Shown: positions 13,631-23,260 of the stretch, piece after piece
Numbering within the stretch: the stretch's first letter is position 1
How the letters are laid out: the number at the start of each line of letters is the position of its first letter
DNA from: Leucoraja erinacea
Taxonomy: Eukaryota
DNA: 64,000 bases
Direction of reading: 5' to 3'
NCBI RefSeq assembly: GCF_028641065.1
Contig: NC_073397.1
Coordinates: 32,922,001 to 32,986,000 of the forward strand
The notes under the pieces: generated by a model
Databases searched by the model: none
Told to the model about the DNA's origin: nothing
What the model saw: only the letters and a program-made list of their open reading frames with translations
Program-made: the position numbers and the translations under genes

Positions 13631-14818
13631 CGTTCTTGCACATTTAAAGTTGTCTGTCGCTGCCCATGTTTTTGACTAATAGGTGTTTATCCCTCTATCA
13701 GTCATGTCGCTGATTGTTACCACATTATTATCATTTATGATGACACCATTACAGATGATTGTCCAGCATGTAAATGTTAATAACTGCATTTTTCTAACAA
13801 GACTTTGTAAAATATATTACCCCCTGAGCAGTTTGAACAGTAACTGGATCTGTGGGTCTTTAGTTACTGGTTAAGGGGAAACAAATCACAACTCCCCTTT
13901 AACACAATAGAATCTTTCATTTGTATTCATCTTGATACTTTGCAGCGGAGGGTGATTTAGATCCTGATTTAATTTCCATACTTCATCCAATGCTCTCTAA
14001 CAATTCTGACTATAGTTGTTCAGTTTGTTGACTGCTGAAAGCTTTTACCTAACTTTCCTCGCATTTTATCAGAAGCCCCCTGAAAAGCTACTGATGCGCT
14101 CTAATTTTGCTTCCATGTGTAAATCCAAGACATTCAACGTGCTCTTTTGAGTCTGGTTCTGGAGTTCAGACGAGCCCTATGATCTGGTTTTCAACTCTGC
14201 TTGATTGGCCAAACTACGGGGTCCAGTGGGTTAATCCAGCACTGTTCATAACCACACAACATCCCAACTTGGTTTGCAATGAGTTGTTTTTTGTCGTGTA
14301 GTGTTCTGTTTAAAGTTCTGATTCAATGGTAAATCTTGCTCAACTTTGGAAAAACTACCTGTCCAAAATTTAAATATAAGAATCTGCATTTGTATAGATA
14401 AAGCTTTTGTTTAATAACTTGTCTTAAAAATTTCACTTGCACAATTTATGTGTTTGTGTGAAGTGGGGTTAAATGCACATTGTTGCTTAAGTGATAAAAA
14501 AAAAAAGCACAAACCTTTGAAATGAATATGGCAATCCGTAAGATGAGGCATGCCCAGTTTAGTTTATTGTCAGGTGTACCGAGGTACAGTGAAAAGCTTA
14601 TGTTGCGTGCAAACCAGTCACCAGAAAGTCAAAACATGATTACAATCGAGCAATTTACAGTGTATAGGTACATGATAAGGGAATAACATTTAGTGCAAGG
14701 TAAACAAAATGAAAACTTTGTAATGTTGTGACCAATGAAATCTTAATGCAATACGCTAAAGTCCCAAGAAGCTTAACCAAAATGGCTTAGTAACTTGAAG
14801 CATAATTATTTGCTAATA

Positions 14819-15126
14819 TTACGGCACAATGGCAGAGTTGCTGCCTTACAGCGCTTGCAGCGCCGGAGACCCGGGTTCGACCCTGATTACGGGTGCTGTC
14901 TACAGAGTTTGTACGTTCTCCCTGTGACCTGCGTGGGTTTTCTCAGAGTTCTTAGGTTTTCTCCCACACTCCAAAGACGTGCAGGTATGTAAGTTAATTA
15001 GCTTGGTGTATGTGTAAATTGTCCCTAGTGTGTGCAGAGTAGTGTTAGTGTGCAGGGATTGCTGGTCGATGTGGACTCGGTGGGCTGAAGGGCCTATTTC
15101 TGAGCTGTATCTCTAAACTAAACTAA
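14819..15126 (+). mobile_element. HE1-like tRNA-derived SINE
   Basis: B-box GGTTCGACCC, conserved body, CR1-like tail ending in (CTAAA)n. Confidence 0.75.
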
Positions 15127-16279
15127 AATAGGCTTAGATCAAAAATAGTTTAAGGAATTATATCAAATATTTCTGTTGACAAGCCAAGGAAATTTATTAG
15201 ATTATTTTGTCCTATCCTTGGATCTGGAAATGGAATGGGTTTATGGCTTAACAAGAAAACTTTCAGTTCAGCTTTAAACATTTTTCCTTTTGGACAAGTG
15301 TCAGAAGTAACGATTATTTCAGTGCCTTTTCTAATTCCTCCGCTGCTAAACCCATCCACTGTCATATGGCAGCAAGACCCGGACAACATCCAGGCCTGGA
15401 CAGATGGGTGGCAAGGTGGTCTGAAGAAGGGTCTTGACCTGAAATGTCACCCATTCCTTCTCCAGATGCTGCCTGATGAGATATGAACACATTTTGGATA
15501 TGGTGTTTCAAGTAGAACCATGATGCACAATAACAGGCCTTTTGGCCCACAATGTGCCAAGATAAACTAATCTCAAATTCCTGCATACGATCCATATCCT
15601 TCATTTATCTGGTGGGGAGTTGGAGGGAGGAAGGAATATCTCATCTTCCTTCACATGCCTATATGAACCTCTTAAAAGATGTAGGACTGGTGACTTTCAG
15701 AAGGCGTTCCATAATCGATGAAGTTGTAAGCTTTCAGTGAGATCAAAAGCCAAATGTATTTGCTGATGCTGTTGTCTGAGTTGAGTCGAGCTATCTACAG
15801 TTCTGTTGCTCTGGAACTTAAGGCAGTGGCCAGGACATATGATTGAAGTCTAGTTTCAACGGTGGGGGATTGAAGGGAGGAAGGAATATCTAATTTTCAG
15901 CACTAGAGAACAAACACTGGCCCATCCCTATTTAAAGTGGACGAGGGTTTGGCTTAGCATTGAGAATCGTTGATGCATTTCCCTGCCTGCCTATGGAACG
16001 AGGCATCTCCTACCTGAAGAAGGGTTCTGACCCGAAATGTCACCTCCTCCTATTCTCCAGAGATGCTGCCTTGCCTGCTTAGTTACTCCACAATTTTGTG
16101 TCTATCTTCGGTGCATTCCCGCAGCCAGACATCTTGCATTTTTTAATTGAGTGCAGGCTAGACAAGTATAATGCAAAAGTTGGACCACTTTTACAAAACA
16201 AAGTGCTGGAGCTACTCGGTGGGATAGGCAACATCTGTGGCGAACATGAATAAATGACGTTTCTGGTCAAGACAAATGA

Positions 16280-16705
16280 TGAGCATCTGACAGCACTGGC
16301 CTATATTTGCTGGTGTTTAGAAGAATGAGGGGGGACCTCATTGAAACGTACAGAATAGTGAAAGGCTTGGATAGAGTGGATGTGGGGAGGATGTTTCCAC
16401 TAGTGGGAGAGTCCAACACTAGAGGTCATAGACTCAGAATTAAAGGATGTTCTTTCAGGAAGGAGATGAGGAGGCATTTCTTTAGTCAGAGGGTATGAAT
16501 CTGTGGTATTATTTGCCACAGAAGCCTATGGAGGCAAAGACAGTGGATATATTTAAGGCAGAGATAGATACATTCGTGATCAGTAGGGGTCTTGAATGTT
16601 CTGTGGAGGAGGCAGGAGAATGGGGTTAGAAGGGAGCGATAGATCAGTCATAATTGAATGGTGGAGAAGACTTGATGGGCCAATTGGCCTAATTATACTC
16701 TTCTG
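16280..16705 (+). mobile_element. CR1 LINE 3' fragment
   Basis: RRMRGDLIETYRIVKGLDRVD...TRGHRLRI...FFSQRV. Confidence 0.85.
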
Positions 16706-16949
16706 GTCTTAAGAAGACACTTTTGCAGCATTGTTTATCAACGTCCTCCGATGATGCTGCCTGATCTGCTGAATTAGTCCAGCACATTTTTTGTTCCTTG
16801 CGTCTCAAGTTTTGGTCTTTGTTTCAGATTTCAACATCTATAGTCCATTGTGTTTATTCCATTGCAGATACTAAAAATTGGGGTTTTCTGGCGCATAGAC
16901 TGGAGAATGCAGATGCTGACATTTGGATCAAAACTCAGTCTCTTGAATC

Positions 16950-17655
16950 AATTAATTGCATTTGATTTTGCTCCAGATTCTAGCACCAGGTGTCTCTCAA
17001 GTCTATTGCATTAGATTTTACTCCAAAACTCCGAACTGCCTGGGTTGCACCAATAACTTTGTGCTTGCTTTGTATTTGTTTTTATTTATTGAACATTTTG
17101 TTTGTTGAAACGTGGAACAGTAGGTGCTGGTTTACACAAAAGGGCACAAAGTGCTGAAGTAATTCAGCAGGTCAGGCACTGGCAGCATGTCAAAACGTAG
17201 ATACACGGATCTCGAGTCTTTGCATTGGATATTGCTCCAGATTCCAGCTTGACTATTGCATTGGACCTTGCTCCAGATTATAGCATCTGTCATCTATTGT
17301 CTCCACAGTATTGCATCTTGCTCCAGATTCCATCTTGACACTACAGCAATGGACCTTGCTCCATATTCCAGCTTCACTCTACTGCATGGGACATTGCTCC
17401 AAATTCAAGTTTGACCATACTACACTGGCAGAGAGACACAAAGTGCTGGACTAACTCAGCGGGACAGGCAGCATATCGGGATGGAAGAAATGGGTGGCGT
17501 GACCCGCTGTGTTATTCCAGCACTTTGTGTCCAACTTTGGTTTAAACCAGCATTCCCACACACTGCATGCACCTTGCTGCAGATTCCAGCCTCACTCTCT
17601 ACTAATCTACTAACATGCACATTGTTGCAGATTCCAGCCTGACTCTACTACACTG
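16950..17655 (+). repeat. Degenerate ~38-40 bp minisatellite upstream of the host-gene promoter
   Basis: Recurring TTGCATTGGA..TTGCTCCAGATTCCAGC.T.ACT units, interrupted by a palindromic repeat. Confidence 0.6.
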
Positions 17656-17712
17656 CAGACCAACACAGAAAGCTGCAGAAACTTAGCATGAAAGATACTA
17701 GAGGAGCTCCTC

Positions 17713-17750
17713 TAGGTCTGAAGAAGGGTTTCGGCCCGAAACGTTGCCTA
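17713..17750 (+). ncRNA. Minimal type I hammerhead-ribozyme motif (Penelope-type)
   Basis: TAGGT-CTGAAGA-A-GGGT(TTCG)GCCC-GAAA-CG-TT-GCCTA: core CUGANGA/GAAA, stem II, stem I TAGGT/GCCTA, palindromic ACGU in place of stem III. Confidence 0.6.
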
Positions 17751-17924
17751 TTTCCTTCGCTCCATAGATGCTGCTGCACCCGCTGAGTTTCTCCAGCTTT
17801 TTTGTGTAACCTCCTCTATTATAATTTGGGCAGCATCTCTGGAGAGACCACGTCACTGAGGGACGTCTCCGTGTCTATCACAGATAAGCCACACCCCTCA
17901 TGAATGGTAATGAGATGAGGCGGC

Positions 17925-18120
17925 GATGTAAGGGGACGGCACATGCGCGAGGGGGCCATATAAGGGTACAGCGCATGCGTTAGCGGGGCATATGAGGGTA
18001 CGGCGCATGCGTGAGGGGGGGGGGGGGGGGGGGGGGGGCTTATAAGGGTATGGCGCATGCGTGAGGGGGGCATATAAGCCGTTGCGCGGCGGCCATCGGT
18101 CTCTGTTGGTGGCGAGTGAG
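17925..18120 (+). promoter_or_regulatory. CpG-rich promoter plus exon 1 of the snoRNA host gene (most diverged copy, P0)
   Basis: Four NRF1-like GCGCATGCG sites, CArG-like CCATATAAGG, TATAA at 18073, YY1-like GCGGCCAT, pyrimidine start CTCT at 18101 (28 nt after TATA), donor GAG|GTGAGT at 18121. Confidence 0.7.
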
Positions 18121-18312
18121 GTGAGTGGTGGTGCGGTCTCTCCCTCTCCCCCCTCCCTGTACACACACTACCCCCCCCCCCCCACACGCTCTTCCCCCCC
18201 TCACTGACTCTCTCCCCCACAAACTCTTCCCCCCCCCCACACACAACCTCCACACCCCCCCCCCCCCCCCCACACACACATTCTCCCGCTCTTCCCCCCC
18301 CCCCCTCTGTCT

Positions 18313-18620
18313 CCACGGTGGCGCAGCGCTAGAGTTGCCGCCTCACAGCGCCGGAGGAGACGCGGGTTCGATCCCGACCGACTCCGCCTGCTGGCTGCGT
18401 GGAGTTTGCACGCTCTCCCCGTGTCCCGCGTGGGTTTTCTCAGTTTCTTCCCACACACTCCACAAAGACGCGCGGGTTTCTAGATTGTCCTGGTATAAAT
18501 GTGAACATTGTCGCTAGTAATGTGTAGGATAAAGATTCATGTAAGTGTGTGGAGATCGCAGGTCGGCGCGGACACGGTGGGCCGAAGGGCCCCTTTAACC
18601 GCGCTGTGTCTAAACTAAAC
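18313..18620 (+). mobile_element. HE1-like SINE in host intron 1
   Basis: GGTGGCGCAGCG A-box, GGTTCGATCCC B-box, CTAAACTAAAC tail. Confidence 0.75.
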
Positions 18621-19324
18621 TCTCTTCCCCGCCAATACTTCTGTTGCTTCATGCTGTTTGTGTTTTCTATGTTGATTTGTATTTAATAATTTTAAATGTA
18701 CGCTTTCATATTGTTTAGTTAACTTTGATCCGCGTAGTTACTGGTTGCCCAATGCGAGATATCGAAGCGTAATGTTTAGCTTTAGTGATAAAGTTAAACA
18801 TATGATATTTTTTAATATGCTATTATGCATTTTTATGTAATGTTGCACCTTGTCTGGACCTTGTGTCCGAAATAAAGTTAATTAAATTAAAGCGCGGAAT
18901 CAGACCCTTCGGCCCACGCCGACCCGCACACAAATACTAGGCCGCGACTGTCCATTTTTTTACCAAAGCCAATTAACCTACAAACCTGCACGCCTTTGGA
19001 GTGTGGGACGAAACCGAAGCACCCGGGGAAAAACCCACGCGTTCACGGGGAGAATGTACAAATTCCGTACAGACAGCAGCCGAGGACAGGATCAATTAAT
19101 GTCTTGCTGGACTTTGTGAATGGGCACATTTAGCTACTCGTGTTAGGTTACACTGTTAATGCTGGCTTTCTGCAGTGATTTCAATGAGGATTTTAAAAGT
19201 CAGTATTTGTCAATTCGCAGATAAACCACACCCCTCATGAATGGTAATGAGATGCGCATGTGGAGCAGTGGGTGCAGCCAGCTCAGGTACATTGCTAATT
19301 AATCCTTCAGCTAATCTTCTCAGT

Positions 19325-19408
19325 CTAGTAAATGATGTTGAAACTTTTTTCCCCGTCTTATCGATCATGCTGATTATGAGCAAATAAGCCAAATGTATCT
19401 GATGCTAG
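19325..19408 (+). ncRNA. SNORD12: Box C/D snoRNA, SNORD12/SNORD106 family, copy A
   Basis: Terminal stem CTAGTA/TGCTAG, C box ATGATGT, guide CTTTTTTCCCCGT before D' CTTA, C' ATGCTGA, D box CTGA; resembles remembered human SNORD12B/C. Confidence 0.85.
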
Positions 19409-19549
19409 CAAAAACGTTGGTTAAATCTGGCACTTTTTTGAGTACAAACTGACCCGAGTTTACTTTTCCAGGTGTGAAGAGCTCCGAGAAACAGCTGCAG
19501 ATCCAGGTAGGTGTTGGTACTTTTTTTGGGGGTGGGAATAGGTTAGTTA

Positions 19550-20343
19550 CAGTGCCCTCTATAATGTTTGGGACAAAGACCCATCATTTATTTATTTGCC
19601 TCTACTCCACAATTTTGGATTTGTAATAGAAAAAAAATCACATGTGGTTAAATTGCACATTGTCAGATATTAACCATATATAACCATATAACAATTACAG
19701 CACGGAAACAGGCCATCTCGGCCCTACAAGTCCATCCCCTAGTCCCATCTACCTACACTCAGACCATAACCCTCCATTCCTTTCCCATCCATATCTATCC
19801 AATTTATTTTTGAAGGATAAAATCGAACCTCCACCATTTCCACTTGGAAGCTCATTCCACACAGCTACCACTCTGAGTAAAGAAGTTCCCCCTCATGTTG
19901 CCCCTAAGCATAAGATAAAGATGGCTGCAACATAGGCCTGGCACAGCATCACCTAGCCAGGCCTGTATTGCAGCCATCTTTATCTTATGCTTTTTTTGAA
20001 TTTTTGGGACTTTTTATTTGCTGTGGAGGTCTTTCCTTGGCCTGCCAGTCCCTTTGCGATTAGTAAACTCGCCAGTGCTCTCTTTCTTCTTAATGATGTT
20101 CCAAACAGTTGATTTTGGTAAGACGAAGGTAGGGCTGATGTCTCTTTAACAGTTTTATTCTTCTTTCTCAGCCTTTCATTGGCACAACTTTGGCCCTCAC
20201 TTTGATGCATAATTTTCTGCATAAATGTGCATTTTAACCACATGGTGATTTTTTTTCTCTTTCCTATTACAAATCTCAAATTGTGGAGCAGAGGCAAGTA
20301 AACAAATCATGGGCCTTTGTCCCAAACATTATGGAGGGCACTG
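19550..20343 (-). mobile_element. Non-autonomous Tc1 element (type A interior) with nested CR1 fragment
   Basis: TA|CAGTGCCCTC.ATAATGTTTGGGACAAAG TIR and its inverse; frameshifted transposase N-terminus (RLRKKNKTV...GKTSTA) on the minus strand. Confidence 0.85.
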
Positions 20344-20520
20344 TGTATCGATTGAGCTCTACCACACTGCAGAACAGCACAAAAAGCTGCAGTAACTCAG
20401 CGGTACAGGCAGCATCTCTAGAGAGACGTTGCTCTGTCTGTGACTAGCACAGAAGCCACACCACTCATGAATGAGTAGTAATGAGGCGGATATATAAGAT
20501 TGCAGTGCATGTTTGATGGC

Positions 20521-20748
20521 CATATATGGTTATGGTGCATGCGTGTGGACTATATAAGGTCACGGCGCATGCGTGCGAACTATATAAGGTCACGGCGCAT
20601 GCGTGGGGGCTATATAAGGTCACGGCGCATGCGTGCGAACTATATAAGGTCACGGCGCATGCACAAGGGCCATATAAAGGTTCCTGTGCAGGCGTGAGGG
20701 CTATATAAGCCGCAGCGCAGCGGCCATTGGTAGATTGGTGATGAGGAG
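20521..20748 (+). promoter_or_regulatory. Duplicated promoter P1: 30-bp NRF1/TATA minisatellite plus mini exon 1
   Basis: Units of TATATAAGGTCACGGCGCATGCGTG, final TATATAAG, GCGGCCAT, donor GAG|GTGTGT; further copies at 23438-23753, 26596-26789, 29516-29769 and 32823-33106. Confidence 0.65.
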
Positions 20749-20779
20749 GTGTGTTGGTGCGGTCTCTCATCTTCTCTCT

Positions 20780-21070
20780 ATCCCTGCACTATCACCCTGC
20801 CTGCTCTCACTCTCTCCCTGCCTGCACTCACTCTCTCCCTGCCTGCACTCGCTTTCTCTCCCTGCCTGCTCTCTGTTTCTCCCACTCTTCACTCTCTCTC
20901 TCCCTGCCTGCACTCTCTCTCTCCCTGCCTGCTCTCTCTTTCTCCCTGCCTGCACTCTCTTTCTCCCACTCTTCACTCTCTCTCTCCCTGCCTGCACTCT
21001 CTCTCTCCCTGCCTGCACTCTCTCTCTCTCTCTCTCTCTCTCCCCCCTTCACACTCCCCGCACTCTCTCA
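20780..21070 (+). repeat. Pyrimidine-rich ~20-22 bp minisatellite (CTCTCCCTGCCTGCA) and (CT)n in intron 1 of each unit
   Basis: Directly visible; length varies between units; produces low-complexity spurious ORFs. Confidence 0.9.
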
Positions 21071-21309
21071 CTGCACTTCCACCACCGTAGTCTCTCACCA
21101 TCTCCCCCGGGCCCCGAGATCTGCCTCCCCTGGCACTGCCTGGCCCGCTGTAGCTTCATGCTGTTTATGGAGCAGAGGCAATCATCCACGATGATTTTGT
21201 TGATTGTATTTAATAAAAGACTATATTTGACTTTGAAATTGTTTATTTTTATTAATCCATGTCGTATTGCTTGCTCAAGTGAGATCAGTGGAATAATGTT
21301 TAGCTTTAA

Positions 21310-21940
21310 GGCCCTGTCCCACTTGCGTGTCCTTGGCACGCAAATCACGAGCCTTCCTCGTCGCGTTGACGAGCACGGGCATCATGTGGCCGCACGGGGC
21401 AGGTCCACTGAGAAGCGCGGAGGGGTATGGAGTCGTGCGCGGTATCGCGGCGCTCCAAAATTTTGTAGTGAACAAAATCTTTGCGCGCCACCGGCCTGTC
21501 GCATAACTGACGGCCAAAGTGGGGCAGGCCCAAGACCCTGGCACGACGCAACGTCTCGCCTCCAAAAGCAGCTGAATCAAGCAAACGATCGCCGTTGCGG
21601 TCGGTATCCGCCCCCACTTCTACTCCCAGAGCGGGGCCAAGAAAATTGAAGATAGACACAAAATGCTGGAGTAACTCAGCGGGACCGGCAGCATCTCTGG
21701 AGAGAAGAAGGAATAGATGACGTTCGGGTCAAGATCCTTCTTTCAAATTGAAGAAGTCTCGACCCGAAACATCACCCATTGCTTCTCTCCAGATATGCTG
21801 CCGGTCCCGCTGAGTTAGTCCTGCATTTTGTGTCTATCGTCAAATGACGTCACGCGCACCAGAAGGCTGTGCGGGTGCATGAAGTCGCGCGTGACCGTCG
21901 AGTAATTGGCGTGCCAAGGACACGCAAGTGGGACAGGGGC
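21310..21940. mobile_element. PIF/Harbinger-like MITE containing a nested palindromic repeat (21650-21838)
   Basis: ~32-bp TIRs GGCCCTGTCCCACTTGCGTGTCCTTGGCACGC / GCGTGCCAAGGACACGCAAGTGGGACAGGGGC, TAA at the left; copies at 24356-24986, 27386-28009, 30418-31048 and partial at ~33620-33865. Confidence 0.65.
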
Positions 21941-22347
21941 TCAAGAGACAAAGCGCGGAAACGGGCCCTTGGCCCACCGAGTCCATGCCGACCCGCACAT
22001 AAGTACTAGGTCGGGACAGTCACAATTTATTACCGAAGCCAATTGATCTACAAACCTAGACGTCTTTGTGTTATTTTGGTTTAGAAACGCAGTGCGGAAA
22101 CGGAGTTACCCAGCATTTTGTGCGTATCTTTTTATAAACATCAATGCTGGCTTTCTGCAGTGAGTGTTTTTCTGAACAGCAGTGGTTTAAAATTGTACAT
22201 CGTGATAGATTTAAAAATTGTGGTGAATTAAGTATGAATGTTGTCTTCCTGCATAGGGTGGATGCAGAAATGGATGTCACATGTGGAGCAGTGGGTGCAG
22301 CCAGCTCAGGTACATTGCTAATTAATCCTTCAGCTAATCTTCTCAGT

Positions 22348-22431
22348 GTAGTAAATGATGTTGAAACTTTTTTCCCCGTCTTATCGATAATGCTGATTAT
22401 GAGCAAATAAGGCAAATGTATCTGATGCTAG
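22348..22431 (+). ncRNA. SNORD12: SNORD12-family snoRNA, copy B (3 substitutions)
   Basis: Same boxes and guide; changes in the 5' stem, ATCGATA and TAAGGCA. Confidence 0.8.
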
Positions 22432-22569
22432 CAAAGACATTGGTTAAATGTGGCACCTTTTTGAGTACGAACTGACTCGAGTTTACTTTTCCAGGTGTGA
22501 AGAGCGAGGAATAGCTGCAGATCCAGGTAGGTGTTGGTACTTTTATGGGGGGTGGGAATAGGTTAGTTA

Positions 22570-23260
22570 CAGTGCCCTCTATAATGTTTGGGACAAAGAC
22601 CCATCATTTATTTATTTGCGTCTCTACTCCACAATTTTGGATTTGTAATAGAAAAAAAATCACATGTGGTTAAATTGCACGTTGTCAGATATTAACCATA
22701 TAACAATTACAGCACGGAAACAGGCCATCTCGGCCCTACAAGTCCATGCCGAACAATTATTTTCCCCTAGTCCCATCTACCTACACTCAGACCATAACCC
22801 TCCATTCCTTTCCCATCCATATACCTATCCAATTTATGTTTGAATGATAAAATCGAACCTGCCTCCACCACTTCCACTGGAAGCTCATTCCACACAGCTA
22901 CCACTCTCTGAGTAAAGAAGTTCCCCCTCATGTCACCCCTAAACTTCTGTTCCTTAATTCTGAAGTCGTGTCCTCTTGTTTGAATCTTCCCTACTCTCAA
23001 TGGGGAAAAGCTTGTCCACGTCAACTCTGTCTATCCCTCTCATCATTTTAAAGACCTCTATCAAAGTTTTATTCTTCTTTCTCAGTCTCATAATGGCTTC
23101 TTTGACTTTAAATTGGCACAACTTTGGCCCTCACTTTGATGCATCATTTTAATCACATGGTGATTTCTTTTTTCTCTTTCCTATTACAAGTCTCAAATTG
23201 TGGAGCAGAGGCAAGTAAACAAATCATGAGCCTTTGTCCCAAACATTATGGAGGGCACTG
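22570..23260 (-). mobile_element. Non-autonomous Tc1 element (type B interior) with nested CR1 fragment
   Basis: TIRs flanked by TA at both ends; CR1 TRGH...FFTQRVV remnant inside. Confidence 0.85.

Noticed and set aside
14819-14900. tRNA-like A/B boxes here and in many similar elements
   Set aside because: These are heads of tRNA-derived SINEs with no cloverleaf
17819-18316. Gly/Pro-rich ORFs over poly-G and poly-C tracts
   Set aside because: Low-complexity promoter and intron sequence; homopolymer lengths may also be sequencing-error prone
20735-21649. 304-333 aa ORFs repeated in several units (also 26790 and 29756)
   Set aside because: They are composed of CT minisatellite and MITE sequence, start in different frames between copies and show no domain; spurious
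22144-22410. 88-aa ORF (MLAFCSEC...LIMSK) conserved across units
   Set aside because: It runs across intron, exon and snoRNA; conservation reflects recent duplication and snoRNA constraint
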